From contig CAVSLF010000007.1 of assembly GCA_963728595.1 (NCBI GenBank), positions 1 to 64,000 of the forward strand: a stretch of 64,000 bases of DNA, written 5' to 3'. Each line of letters begins with the position of its first letter. Position 1 is the stretch's first letter. The DNA is from an uncultured Nitrososphaeraceae archaeon. Its GTDB lineage: Archaea > Thermoproteota > Nitrososphaeria > Nitrososphaerales > Nitrososphaeraceae. Below are positions 30,185-41,429 of this stretch, in pieces. The notes under the pieces are model-generated. The model was not told where the DNA came from, ran no database searches, and was given only the letters and a program-made list of their open reading frames with translations. The translations under genes were made by a program, and so were the position numbers.

Positions 30185-30829
30185 ATGACATCATCAGGTC
30201 AAACAGAGATCATTATCAGAAGAACTCTTAGGGAAGACATTCCAAAAATAGTAAATTTGCAAAAAGAATCATTTCCTTACTTGGCTCGATACGGTAACAT
30301 ATGGCATCCTGATGAACTTGAGAGTCATCTTCGCTTCTTTCCTGAAGGACAGTCTGTCGCTGACTTGCATGGTGAAATAGTAGGTTCAGCAAGCAGCCTT
30401 ATTGTAAATCTGGACCCAGAGTATGCAGACCACACATGGAAAGAAATAACTGCAAATGGTATGATGACAAATCATAACCCTCAAGGAGATAGTCTGTATG
30501 GTGCAGACATATCCACGCACCCGAAATACAGACATGAACATATCGGTAAGCGATTGTATGATTTTAGAAAAGAGACAGTTATGAAATTCAATCTGCGAAG
30601 GATGATAGGAGGCGGTAGACTTTTCAATTATTGCGATTATGCTGACAAGATGTCAGCGGTAGAATATGCCCAAAGGGTGATCAATGGAGAACTTAAAGAT
30701 CCTGTTCTTTCGTTCGAGTTGGAAAACGGGTTCAAATTCGTAAAAATACTGTCCAACTACTTGGATGACGTGCGCTCGTTGAACTATGCTAGCTTCATCG
30801 AATGGCTAAATCCAAGATACGACAAGTAG
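30185..30829 (+). CDS. GNAT-family N-acetyltransferase (type often fused or linked to nitrilase-family hydrolases)
   Basis: FPEGQ, GDSLYGADISTHPKYR, GGRL, DPVLSFELENGF, EWLNP. Confidence 0.85.
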   Translation: MTSSGQTEIIIRRTLREDIPKIVNLQKESFPYLARYGNIWHPDELESHLRFFPEGQSVADLHGEIVGSASSLIVNLDPEYADHTWKEITANGMMTNHNPQGDSLYGADISTHPKYRHEHIGKRLYDFRKETVMKFNLRRMIGGGRLFNYCDYADKMSAVEYAQRVINGELKDPVLSFELENGFKFVKILSNYLDDVRSLNYASFIEWLNPRYDK

Positions 30830-30834
30830 AGACT

Positions 30835-31629
30835 ATGAAGGCCATAGATTGTCACGTGCATTTAAATTTGTATAATAATTCGAACAGATCAATAGAAGAC
30901 AGTCTGGTTGAACTGCTTCAAAGTATGAATGGATGTGATATAGATGCCTCTATTATTATCTCATCCTATGAGGTAAACCAGGGTCGTCCTTCCACCCATA
31001 AAATACTCGGAGTAACAGAAAAGCACGATAATCTCGCAGTTGTGGGCGGATATTCTGTTGACAATCACACTATCGAGGATTTTAGAAATTATAGACAGTG
31101 GCTATTGGAGAATAAGTTGAAAGGGATCAAGATATACTGCGGGTATGAATATTACTTCCCGACAGACAAAAAATATCAAAAGATCTATAACTTATGTACA
31201 GAGTTTGAGGTACCGCTTATGGTACATTGTGGAGATACATTTGCTAGCAATGCAAAGCTTAAGTATGCTCATCCTTTGAACGTTGATGAAGTTGCAGCTG
31301 ACAATCCAGATCTTAAAATCGTAATTTGTCATTTGGGAAATCCTTGGATTCTTGACTGTCAAGAAGTATTATACAAGAATAAAAATGTGTACGCAGACAT
31401 CTCTGGGCTATTCTTTGGTCCTGTAAATGACTATTATGAAAAATGCTTGATAACAAAAATAAAAGAACTACTTAGTTATACTTCAAGTCCACACCATTTA
31501 CTTTTTGGAAGCGACTGGCCCATATCAGATGTAAGACATTGCATTATGCTTGTGAACAAACTGGGTCTTTCCAGAAAAGATTACGATTTACTTATGTTCG
31601 GTAATACCCAGAAGATATTCAAAGTGTAA
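30835..31629 (+). CDS. Amidohydrolase-2 family metal-dependent TIM-barrel hydrolase
   Basis: IDCHVH, KGIK, MVHCG, ICHLGNPW, YADISG, FGSDWP. Confidence 0.88.
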   Translation: MKAIDCHVHLNLYNNSNRSIEDSLVELLQSMNGCDIDASIIISSYEVNQGRPSTHKILGVTEKHDNLAVVGGYSVDNHTIEDFRNYRQWLLENKLKGIKIYCGYEYYFPTDKKYQKIYNLCTEFEVPLMVHCGDTFASNAKLKYAHPLNVDEVAADNPDLKIVICHLGNPWILDCQEVLYKNKNVYADISGLFFGPVNDYYEKCLITKIKELLSYTSSPHHLLFGSDWPISDVRHCIMLVNKLGLSRKDYDLLMFGNTQKIFKV

Positions 31630-31846
31630 CTAAAGAAATGCAAGCAGATAATGCGAGTAGCCACAATAAAATGATTTTAAGTATCAGAAATTTATCAATA
31701 TTTATTATAACATATTATGCGACATACAATGAATTGATTGGTATGTTTTCTAAGTTCCCAAAGATCTCTTCAAGTAAACAAAGATCTGAACAGTGTCCAG
31801 TAGACTCGTTTCTATCGAAATAAATCCTGCCGTATGGTAAAAAAAG

Positions 31847-32746
31847 TCAGTACCTGTCAGCTTCTGGATGATAAGTTTCAATCTGAATAGTAATATTGCT
31901 TATTCCAAATTTTTTTTCAACTATTGAATTTATCTCTTTTAAAATGGCTAGTGATTTACTTGGATCTATTATTACTACATGTGCGGACAATGCATCCATG
32001 CCCGAAGTAATACTCCAGATATGCAACTCAAAAATACCAGTAACCCCCTTTATCTGCATGATAGCTTTCTTTACTTCATCATGGGATATGTTTGGCGGTA
32101 CACCTTCCATCAATATATGAACTGATTTTTTCATTAGCGACCATGTTCGTGGAAGTATAAAAAGAGAAATAGCAATGCTAGCTATTGGATCGGCCAGATA
32201 AAATCCTGTGTAGATTATTATTATTGCAGTGACCATAACAGCAGCGGAACCTAGTGTGTCACTAAATACTTCTAAAGTAGCGCTTTTGATATTCAGGTTT
32301 TCTTGACCTGCCTTGTGTTCATGCAAACTTGAATGTGACAGTAGTCTTAGGGACACTAGATTCAATACAAGGCCTACGCTTGCAATAAGAATCACAGGTA
32401 TGCCTTGGACTTCTTGCGGATGGAAGATACGCCGGTACGCCTCATATATAATGTAGAACGAGATTGATATTAGCACAACACTGTTTGTTAAGGTGGCGAG
32501 TATCTCCATTCTATAGAAGCCATATGTTTTTTGAGGAGTTGCGGGTCTACGGGTAAAACCAATTGCCAGAAGAGAAAGTAGCAGTCCTGCTACATCAGTA
32601 AGCATGTGGCCGGCATCGGCAATCAAGGCCAAACTTCCAGCCCAAATACCCCCCGCAAGCTGTATTGCAAAATACGAAGATGTAAGAAGTAAGACGATCT
32701 TTAGCTTCTTTCCTCTTTGCACGGCAGCAGTTCTTTGGCTTTCCAC
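31847..32746 (-). CDS. czcD: Cation diffusion facilitator (Zn/Co/Cd efflux)
   Basis: GSLALIADAGHMLTD, TYGFYRMEILA, LHIWSITSG...SAHV, ITIQIE; six TM helices. Confidence 0.9.
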   Translation of the reverse strand: MESQRTAAVQRGKKLKIVLLLTSSYFAIQLAGGIWAGSLALIADAGHMLTDVAGLLLSLLAIGFTRRPATPQKTYGFYRMEILATLTNSVVLISISFYIIYEAYRRIFHPQEVQGIPVILIASVGLVLNLVSLRLLSHSSLHEHKAGQENLNIKSATLEVFSDTLGSAAVMVTAIIIIYTGFYLADPIASIAISLFILPRTWSLMKKSVHILMEGVPPNISHDEVKKAIMQIKGVTGIFELHIWSITSGMDALSAHVVIIDPSKSLAILKEINSIVEKKFGISNITIQIETYHPEADRY

Positions 32747-32957
32747 GATAAGATCATTATTGTCTAAAGAATGGTTTTACATTTAGCTTTCTATTTTTTC
32801 TTGAACAGGAACATTAAGATCAGAAGTTGTAATTAATATTTGATCTGATGGCTATTATTGAAACTGTAGGGTTGACCAAAGCTGTACACTAGTATACATA
32901 TCTATCACATGTTATCCAGATGCAATTATTCAAATAAGACTAACAAGTGGTTAAAGT

Positions 32958-33119
32958 ATGACCGAGGAAGCTGATAAGGAGGAAATTAAGGAAGAACCTG
33001 ATAAGGATGAACTTGAAGCTGAAAAGGAGGAAATTAAGGAAGAAACTCACGAATTGGAAGATTTTGAACAAGAAGATGCTGAGGAACAGGAAGTCGAGAA
33101 AGACTCTCAAGATAGTTGA
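32958..33119 (+). CDS. Hyper-acidic 53-aa protein (below ORF-track cutoff)
   Basis: MTEEADKEEIKEEPDKDELEAEKEEIKEETHELEDFEQEDAEEQEVEKDSQDS; 28 of 53 residues D/E; internal KEEIKEE repeat. Confidence 0.65.
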   Translation: MTEEADKEEIKEEPDKDELEAEKEEIKEETHELEDFEQEDAEEQEVEKDSQDS

Positions 33120-33432
33120 ACGATATTTGGCGAATACGGTGTCGAATCGATAGTTACCATCGAATCCACTAGCACCATTAAATCTTGACTCGTAATTAAT
33201 TCCAAGCTCAGTATTTTAGGCTCCTTTAATTATTGAAGTCGGGGAAAGGAAACTTAGTTTTTACCCCACCTCGACGCTCATGATTAAACGAAATAACTCC
33301 CTATGCTTTCATCAAGCAAAAAACATTCTTGTTTGTCTTCAATGCTATTGTGTTTTTTTCTATACCGCTAATTGAGCTTGAAGTAGGTGTGCAGGAAAGA
33401 TAAAAAGTAAGTGAGAAATCAAGGTTATTATC

Positions 33433-34131
33433 TTAATCTGGCTTCAATATTGTCTCATAAACACTAGTCAGTCCGCCCGTTTTATTGATACTGTTACCAT
33501 TGTGGTTACCAAACGACAATGATATTACTACAAGATAGTATCCTGGTTCATGTAAGTCAACTACCAAATCATTTTTTCCTGAAAGGAGTTTCTTTGTCGC
33601 CTTGTCATACTGGAGTTTGTACTCACGAATCTTTTCGGTAGGTTTCACATCTTTCATTGTGCCGTTTTCATTTACAGATGCCCTGATGATCTCAGCTCTT
33701 GCAGCGTCAGGAATTTTTCCATTTAATTGAATTCCAAGAGATTCATTTGGTTTGACGTTGATTGTATTCAGCGCTACCGTACTGCCTGTCCCAGTTGAAA
33801 AATTCCCAAGAAGAAAATTATCAGTAATTACATTCATCAATACGGTCGATTTAACTGCCTTCCATTCCAGATGTCCTTCCGTTTGACTGTCTAATATCTC
33901 GGTTTTAACGATGTTTATCCGAGGTATCGTCAATGTAGTAAGATTGTCAGGGTTAGTTGCGATATAATCTGCAGTACAGTTACAGTCTGGAACATTTGTA
34001 CTTTGAGCTAAAACAAGTGGCAGGTACTGATCTTCTGTGAGCAGAGCGATTGAGAGTCCGATTCCAAATGCGATTAAGAGAACGAGAATACCTTTTTTCT
34101 TCTCAAAACTAGTCATAATCATTTTTATCAT
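33433..34131 (-). CDS. Secreted or membrane-anchored hypothetical protein
   Basis: N-terminal TM, CxC, beta-rich body, 232 aa. Confidence 0.65.
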   Translation of the reverse strand: MIKMIMTSFEKKKGILVLLIAFGIGLSIALLTEDQYLPLVLAQSTNVPDCNCTADYIATNPDNLTTLTIPRINIVKTEILDSQTEGHLEWKAVKSTVLMNVITDNFLLGNFSTGTGSTVALNTINVKPNESLGIQLNGKIPDAARAEIIRASVNENGTMKDVKPTEKIREYKLQYDKATKKLLSGKNDLVVDLHEPGYYLVVISLSFGNHNGNSINKTGGLTSVYETILKPD

Positions 34132-34192
34132 CTACTCAAGACATCATAATATGAATTCATATCTTGTGAAAGAACCTTAACTCTAGTCATTT

Positions 34193-35491
34193 TTATTGAT
34201 TTCCTGCCGGAACCACTCTGTATATCGTCCCGCGCGCTAATGAAGCTAAATATAGGTAGCCATCAGGTCCAACGGCCATATCCGAGATGCCACCAAAATT
34301 TGATCCAAATATGATATCGTTAGTTTCTCCGTCAGTATCTGCCACCTTGTCTGCAAGTCTTCCTGGCAAAATTAGTCCGTCTCTATTCTCATTCAAGTCA
34401 AAATGATAGATCCTTCCATGGTGAACATCAGATACAAACATATCATTTTCGTATTCCTTACCCAACTTGTCTGAAGTAAAAAACTTTATTTTTGTAGGGC
34501 CAACAGTATCCACCCAAGTCAATTCTGGATCCCTGTACTTACCTTTACCGTCAAAATTGACTAACTGAGAATAATCAAAATCCGGTGGTGCCTTTCCCTG
34601 GAGTTTTAACCAACCACTATTAAAGCCAGGTTCAACAAGATTAATCTCATCGCTAAATCCAGCCCCGTTTTCCGTATCCCACATCTTACCGCTTAAAGGA
34701 TCAAAATCCAATCCAAAACTATTCCGGATACCATAGGCATAATATTTTTTTGCAGGTCCGCTATCACCTATAACACTCGGAGCTGGCAGACCATCTTGAG
34801 TAATACGAAGAATTCCACCCGTCCCATCCGGAGGACCTCCATCAGCAATGTTCTGTACCTCAGTCATATGACCATCAACATCTCCAATAGGAACATAGAT
34901 GTTGCTGTCATTCCCTATTGTAATGGCGCCTCCATTATGCCTAGGGCCAGGTGTGGCCGGCAGATCCAGCAATAGATTGGGATTTACCAACTTATTGTCT
35001 ACCAGTTCATATCTATAAACTCGATTTGAGAGGACTCCCTTATTCTCGTTTTTCGTAGAGTTTGTTAATTCCGTGAAATAAAGAAAGACATAGGTTGAAG
35101 AATTGTCATTTTTTGAAACAGCTATTCCAAGCATACCTCTTTCAACTTGTGATGCGATATTGACTCTAAGAAGTGGTTCTGGAGAGATTGTACCATTGAT
35201 GATCCTCGTTACTGTCCCTTTTGATTTTTCAAGCACCAAAATGTCATTCTTACCCAGAAATGCAATTGTTGTTGGAAAGTCAAGGCCTTCAGCGACTACC
35301 TCCACTTTTAATTTAGGATCCACCAACATGGGTATCCCCTTGCTCTTATCGAATAATGATCCTGGAATTTCTTTAGCTGTCGAGGAATTAACAGTTTGTC
35401 CATTCCCATTTCCTGCAAATGACGATATCAAACATACGAGAAGAATCAGCATTCCTACAAAGATTGAGGTTATTACGTAATTCATACCCAT
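34193..35491 (-). CDS. PQQ-dependent glucose/sorbosone dehydrogenase family beta-propeller
   Basis: ERGMLGIA, HNGG, YAYGIRNSFGLDFDP, DTENG, DEIN, GFNSGW, GPDGYLY. Confidence 0.9.
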   Translation of the reverse strand: MGMNYVITSIFVGMLILLVCLISSFAGNGNGQTVNSSTAKEIPGSLFDKSKGIPMLVDPKLKVEVVAEGLDFPTTIAFLGKNDILVLEKSKGTVTRIINGTISPEPLLRVNIASQVERGMLGIAVSKNDNSSTYVFLYFTELTNSTKNENKGVLSNRVYRYELVDNKLVNPNLLLDLPATPGPRHNGGAITIGNDSNIYVPIGDVDGHMTEVQNIADGGPPDGTGGILRITQDGLPAPSVIGDSGPAKKYYAYGIRNSFGLDFDPLSGKMWDTENGAGFSDEINLVEPGFNSGWLKLQGKAPPDFDYSQLVNFDGKGKYRDPELTWVDTVGPTKIKFFTSDKLGKEYENDMFVSDVHHGRIYHFDLNENRDGLILPGRLADKVADTDGETNDIIFGSNFGGISDMAVGPDGYLYLASLARGTIYRVVPAGNQ

Positions 35492-35744
35492 ATCACAATC
35501 TGTCTCTTACAGGGATGTTAAATGTGTTTAAACAAGCGTATGAGGGCAGTTAATTTGATTCCTTTTCATGAAGAATGTGGCAATATGCAGCTGCAAATTA
35601 TACTTAGGAACTTTACGTACCAATCAGTTTTTCAATATTTCTTAATGACCTAAATGGATAGTCGCGAAATCATTTTGCCTATGTGGCATGAGACTTAAAC
35701 GAAATTTTTATACTTTGGAGGAATATTAGAGATACGACCCTAAA

Positions 35745-36020
35745 TTGATGGATGACGAAAAGTCTTTCGATGAATTAGTACAGGAAATGGAAATCGAGAG
35801 AGAAATAATACGAGAAAAAATTGCTAAAGATTACGTTCCGAGACTTTGCAATGCTCTTCGGAGGGACAAGCCGGATTTGAAGTCCACGGAAATTAGACTA
35901 ACTGTAATAACCAGATTATGTCATAAGCGAAGAGGAGAGATTCTGAGCGAGGACATTGTAAGAAAGCATTGGCCTGATTGGTTACTCAAAGAGGGACGAA
36001 GAACTCGAAATCCAGTTTAA
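35745..36020 (+). CDS. Hypothetical helical protein
   Basis: 91 aa, TTTTTATA box ~30 nt upstream. Confidence 0.55.
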   Translation: MMDDEKSFDELVQEMEIEREIIREKIAKDYVPRLCNALRRDKPDLKSTEIRLTVITRLCHKRRGEILSEDIVRKHWPDWLLKEGRRTRNPV

Positions 36021-37123
36021 GTCTATCATCATACTTCATGCAGCGGACAGCAAATTCAAACTATTTCACTGTATGAGGACATAACCGCAAGGTTCACTTG
36101 AAAAATAAAGAATAATTAGAAATATTTGTATGGGCTGCAATGGCCTCAAGATACGAGTGGACACCAAGGAAATATTCTCTACAGGTGCAGATACACGTTC
36201 ACGCAGCAAACGTTATCTCACATCCAGGTAACTAGTATAGTAACCAAACAGTTTAAGAATCATACATTCTGAGAGTAATTGCCGATGATGACGCAATATT
36301 CATTCATGCGCTGAGGCAACCCACCTAAATTTTGTGGTATGATCTTTATGACAGGGGCAAGTGATTTTTATCTTGACCTCGCAAATAGCGCTTTGAATTC
36401 AACTTGATCCCAATTTTACAAACCAACTAGATGTGGGAGCAAGTAAAAAACACCAGAGAAAGGTCAGCAATATTTTGAATTGTGGAGAGAGGGCTAGAGA
36501 TTATTCAAGATCCTTTATAATCAGAAAATTATCATCCAACTTTGACTGGACCAAGTTAATTTAATGTCCTTCAGCAACCATAACAACTTCGACACTAAAC
36601 TTGTTGTATGCGTTCCGTCATTGGCATAATTAACACGAAGATTTATTTTTAAAGTATTATGACACAGCAAATGAGTATAGTTGTTTGTGCAAATCATTTA
36701 GATTACAATTCTTATATGGCCTAGAAAACTGCTTGAAAGTATATTCAATGTAGGGAAATATATCCATTAAAAAAGGAGACAACTATGATTAAGTTTAAAT
36801 GTTGAAATCTTCAAGAAAATACAGCATTATAATTTAATGATGGCGCCAGGGATAAATTGAACTAGATACCATCAAATACATTATTATCTCATGTCTATCC
36901 GCATGATTTGAACTAAACTGTTACCAGTGAGATAAATTTCGCAGTGGGGCAGTCTTTTAACAAAGTATCAATGGTTCAACATGTAGTGATTATATAATTT
37001 TGAACAGTTTTAGATCTCGATTGGCTGAACTTATACTCTTTTTCCCTTGAAGGCGCGATACAGCACTGGAAGCTTCCGAATTTGAACCAAAATTTATAAT
37101 TATTAGTTGTCCTTATGTAACGT

Positions 37124-37270
37124 ATGTCTACTGCAGACGCAAACAAAGCTAAGGAAAAGAATTTGACTTGTAACATGTGTGGTTTAGTCTTTGAGAGTGA
37201 ACAAACCTTACACGAACATAGGAAAAAGGATCATAGTCAAGAGGCGCAACCGCCAGCAGGTGTAACCTAA
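37124..37270 (+). CDS. Classical C2H2 zinc-finger mini-protein, 48 aa (below ORF-track cutoff)
   Basis: MSTADANKAKEKNLTCNMCGLVFESEQTLHEHRKKDHSQEAQPPAGVT (C-x2-C-x3-F-x5-L-x2-H-x4-H); TTTATAA box ~25 nt upstream. Confidence 0.8.
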   Translation: MSTADANKAKEKNLTCNMCGLVFESEQTLHEHRKKDHSQEAQPPAGVT

Positions 37271-37524
37271 CGAATGTTATTTATTCGTAGAATAATTATA
37301 ACGCCTACTACTAATATTGTAGAACGGCTTTCCTCATGGAGATCTTGGAATTTAGACTAGAGTAGGTAGGATTTGGTTGGCTCCCGATTCTCTGAGGGCT
37401 TGGCATGTTTAGTTATCCTGCTGTAGTCAGTGATAGTATTTTTATCGGGTTGCAATAATCCGGACTTTAATGGTTAGTCATTCCAAGAGACAGTCCTTAT
37501 CTTATTGAAATCATTGGAAATCAC

Positions 37525-38102
37525 ATGATTCTTGAACATGTTTTATTCTTTTTAATGGGTTATCTGGGAATAAAAACTTCAGAGACTATTCTTAAGTTTC
37601 TTTATTCAACAACAAAGAATATCTATGGCCACCATGATGCAAACGGCACAAGTTGGCAACAGACTTTAATTTTATACTGGACTGCATTAGTTAGGTATCT
37701 ATTTACGATAAACAGGCGTCCATTCATACCACTCTTTTCTGCAATTATTTTATTAATTTTTTGGCATGTTCCCACTATATTTGATTATGCAGTATTTGAT
37801 GGGGAAGTCCATATATTACAACACTTATCGTTTATCCTAATTGGCATGCTACTGTTCCTTTGTACACGACAACTTGGGGAGGCCCTAACTTTGTATCTTC
37901 TTGTTTCGTCAGTAGGTATGATGATATTGTCGGGGTTGGTCTTGGCTCTTGCAAATGGAAGAATTTACGTTCCGTATACAATATCCAGCCACAACGTTGC
38001 AGGAGATTATATGTTGGCGTTGTCCATTGTTTTCATTTAATTTGTTTGCCTGTTTATTTGATACGTAAGACTCTTCTCCATATTCGCGCGATAACGAAAT
38101 AG
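37525..38102 (+). CDS. caa3-type CtaG / DUF1404-like membrane protein (copper or oxidase assembly factor), frameshifted
   Basis: (H)MILEH, FWHVP, VHILQH motifs in a multi-TM protein; C-terminus continues in another frame (LICLPVYLIRKTL); true start probably upstream. Confidence 0.65.
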
Positions 38103-38552
38103 AGTTGATGTTAAATACATGTGAAAAACAAGAAAGACAACCAATATAGGAACTATCACATACACTAAAGACTAGCGCGGACTCAAAACACAACAGCTTG
38201 TGATTAACGGCTATTATCATTCAGACATTATTGCCATATTTAAGACAGGGATCAAATAGTATGTCATAATATCATGATTCTTACAGAAGCACCTTGAAGA
38301 ATTCAGGGGAGTTTAGCACACAGATTATCACAAGAAACTGTATAAACTATGGATTTAGGGTTGAAAGTCGGTTGGGAAATTGTAACTTGATGGCCAAAGA
38401 AGCCAATTCAGACGGGACTTTCTGTTTGACGACAGGACAAACAGGAAATAGAGGCAAAACATACTTTTTTGGGATGGTGGAGAATCGTATAGTTTAGACT
38501 TTGTTATTAGTTGGAATTGTTTGATTCTAGGTTCTATAAGGTGGTGATATAT

Positions 38553-39362
38553 TTACAGGTTGTCAACCAAGAATCTTCTAATTAGATCAAATACACTTGA
38601 AGGCTTTTCAACAAATGGAGCATGACCTGCACCTTCTATTTTTACAAGTTTTGAACCTACTATATTCTTCCTAAAAATTTCTGCATGTTCCACTGGAATT
38701 ACCCTATCCTCAGCTCCCCAAATTATGAGAGTTGGAATCTTAATCGTTCGAAGTCTTTCAGGACCGATCTGCGTATTAGCACTATTCTCGAGAGTTACTG
38801 TAAATGCATTTTTGGCAGCTTCGTTTGAAATATTATTTATGAATATCTCAGCTACTAATGGGGATACAAATAGCGGATTACCAAGCATCTTTCTAAATAC
38901 GGACATAACTTTATCGTATGAAGGATTCATTGCGACAGCCAGATATTCTGCCAATATTGGTGTCGGTTCGTCAAGCATTCCTGATGAGTCTACTAGAACC
39001 AATTTTCGTACTAGTGTAGGATATTTAATCACAAACTCGCATGCGATGTATCCGCCAAGGGAATGTCCAACTAGAATAATCTCATTATATTTTATCAATT
39101 CTTTTTGAATAAATTCTCTAAGGAATTCAACGAATTCGGGTATATTGTAATTTAATGATTTAGGTTTGTCACTTTTTCCAAAGCCAACGAGATCTAACGC
39201 ATAGGCGCTTAAGTAAAATGACATAGCTTCGGGTAGATCCATCCACCTGTCGGCAGCAGAACCTAGACCGTGGATAAAGAGAACAGCATTTACATTTCCA
39301 CCATCCTTAGACTTGATATATCTTATTCTATGTCCCCAGATCTCTGTAAAGAACTCGTTCAA
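38553..39362 (-). CDS. Alpha/beta-fold hydrolase
   Basis: FIHGLG, DLVGFGKS, GHSLGG nucleophile, WGAEDRV, AGHAP. Confidence 0.92.
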   Translation of the reverse strand: MNEFFTEIWGHRIRYIKSKDGGNVNAVLFIHGLGSAADRWMDLPEAMSFYLSAYALDLVGFGKSDKPKSLNYNIPEFVEFLREFIQKELIKYNEIILVGHSLGGYIACEFVIKYPTLVRKLVLVDSSGMLDEPTPILAEYLAVAMNPSYDKVMSVFRKMLGNPLFVSPLVAEIFINNISNEAAKNAFTVTLENSANTQIGPERLRTIKIPTLIIWGAEDRVIPVEHAEIFRKNIVGSKLVKIEGAGHAPFVEKPSSVFDLIRRFLVDNL

Positions 39363-39476
39363 TCACTTTTCAGATGAAGTGTCTGACATTAATAATTAAC
39401 CCGAGTATGCTAATGATACCCTGTAATATTCGCTAATTCGCTAACAAGCCGGTTTTGTTACAACTTCTAGTAATAC

Positions 39477-41207
39477 TTAGAAAGATAAGTTATTAGACCT
39501 TACAATGAAAGTCCATAATGAAGCGATTTTGGAGAATTTCTGGGCACGAAAAATTATCGTAACTTTCTTACTCAAAGATTCAGTTAGTCTCTTTAATGCT
39601 GCCGAAGCATCGAATCTGTCAAGGTGAATGTTAATTAGAACAAACTCTCGGCTATTTTCTTTTGTCTTTTCCAGAGCTGACTCGAACTCTACGTTACTAT
39701 GGACATCAAAGCTTACACCTACTTTTAAAAGTTCGATTATTTTGGAATAATCCCAACAGTACAAATCATTAAATGGACCATCAAGAATAGTTCTTTCTGT
39801 TCTGTAGCCATCATTATTTAACAATATAATAATAGGATTCAGTTTTTCACGCGCGATGGTGCTTAACTCTGTTCCTGTCATCTGAAATGCTCCGTCCCCT
39901 ACAAGAACAATAGGCCTTATGCTTGGATTGGCAAGTTGGGCTCCAATTGAAGCCGGGATGGCGAAACCCATCGATAGATAATATGCAGGCGACAAGAATT
40001 CCGTTCCCTTATGAATAACGAGATCAAGACCCCCAAACAGCGCATCACCAACATCCGCTATAACCATATAGTCAGGGGTCAAGAATTCATTGAGCTTGCC
40101 AAAAAGCCCGTCTACAGTTATTTTGTCCCCGTTGAAAGGACGATGTTGCAATGCAAAGATTCTTTCATGCTTCCAACTAGTGTCTATATTTCGTTTTCTC
40201 AAGTCGGCATTGTTTAGTTTTTCGAGAAAATCCCGTATTTCGACATTTTCATAGTTATGATGTTTGATAGATAATTTTGAACTAGTGATGTTTATTGTCT
40301 TACCCTGTTCCACAGGTGTGGGAGAGTTTCCAAAATCAATGTCGGTCATAAAGGTACCTATAAGGAGAACACAGTCACTTGATTCAATAAAATTTCTTAC
40401 ATGTGGATATCCCATAGCCCCTTCATAAACACCCAAGTATGAAGGATGGAGTTCATTTATAACTGACTTGCTCAGTGGGGTCGATACTACAGGAATGTTC
40501 GTTTTTTCGAGGAACTTTAAAAGTAATTCTTGCAATCCAAATCTTTGTACTTCAACTCCTGCAACGACGACAGGCATTTGTGCAGAATTTATCATTGAAA
40601 TGGCCTCCTGTAGTGCTTCTCTAATTACAGCAGCATCTGAATTGAACTCTGGTACCGAGCATATTCTAGGATTTGAAATTGTCCTATATACAGTATCTCG
40701 TGGCAACTCGATATAAACTGGCATTTTATGTCTTATCGCTGCCGAGAGAACTCGTTCTATTTCTGAAGGAGCGTCTTCAGGATTATCCAATATTGTAGAA
40801 GCAATTGTTACGTTGCTAAAAATATCCCGTTGCGTATTGAAATCACGTACTCTATGGTGCAGTAAGGGAGTTTTCTTTTTCTCAGACAGACCAGGGGCTC
40901 CGCTTATTACAACTACCGGAGACTTTTCAGCATATGCTTCAGCAGTAGAATTCACTATCTTGAGTCCTCCGACACAATAAGTAACACAGACTGCTCCCAG
41001 TCCTCTAACCCTTGCATAAGCGTCAGCTGCAAATCCTGCACCTTGTTCATCGCAGGTGTTTATGATCTTGATCTTGCTTTTTGTCAGCTGATCATAAAAT
41101 CCAAGCACATAGTCACCTGGAATACCAAAAATATGATGGACATTAAGACTGTACAGCTGGTCAATAAGATATTCACCTAAAGTAGTATGAGCTTTCGGCG
41201 ATTCCAT
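39477..41207 (-). CDS. TPP-dependent alpha-keto acid (pyruvate/indolepyruvate) decarboxylase
   Basis: FGIPGDY, AGFAADAYAR, LLHH, GDGAFQMTGTE...NNDGY TPP motif; start uncertain (41207-41258). Confidence 0.9.
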   Translation of the reverse strand: MESPKAHTTLGEYLIDQLYSLNVHHIFGIPGDYVLGFYDQLTKSKIKIINTCDEQGAGFAADAYARVRGLGAVCVTYCVGGLKIVNSTAEAYAEKSPVVVISGAPGLSEKKKTPLLHHRVRDFNTQRDIFSNVTIASTILDNPEDAPSEIERVLSAAIRHKMPVYIELPRDTVYRTISNPRICSVPEFNSDAAVIREALQEAISMINSAQMPVVVAGVEVQRFGLQELLLKFLEKTNIPVVSTPLSKSVINELHPSYLGVYEGAMGYPHVRNFIESSDCVLLIGTFMTDIDFGNSPTPVEQGKTINITSSKLSIKHHNYENVEIRDFLEKLNNADLRKRNIDTSWKHERIFALQHRPFNGDKITVDGLFGKLNEFLTPDYMVIADVGDALFGGLDLVIHKGTEFLSPAYYLSMGFAIPASIGAQLANPSIRPIVLVGDGAFQMTGTELSTIAREKLNPIIILLNNDGYRTERTILDGPFNDLYCWDYSKIIELLKVGVSFDVHSNVEFESALEKTKENSREFVLINIHLDRFDASAALKRLTESLSKKVTIIFRAQKFSKIASLWTFIVRSNNLSF

Positions 41208-41429
41208 ATTATCAGGAGAATTACAAGTCATAGATTTAGATTTTGGTCCAAAGAACAAATTTCATCTATCTTATCCTTGGGATATGTAGATATGGAATGT
41301 TCATTCGAATTCCAGTACATTCCGTCTGACGTCCGAAGCCATGGCAATAGCTGCTACATGCATCAGTTCTGGATTAGCATTAAATCAGATCTTAAAAAGG
41401 CATTGTCATGACATGTATCCAATATGAGT

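Noticed and set aside
36020..37120. ~1.1-kb gene-poor stretch (also 61490-62085)
   Set aside because: No repeats, RNA motifs or credible ORFs could be supported; probably decayed sequence
37371..37465. Possible structured ncRNA upstream of the CtaG-like gene
   Set aside because: No convincing stems or known motif; more likely the frameshifted 5' part of the membrane protein gene
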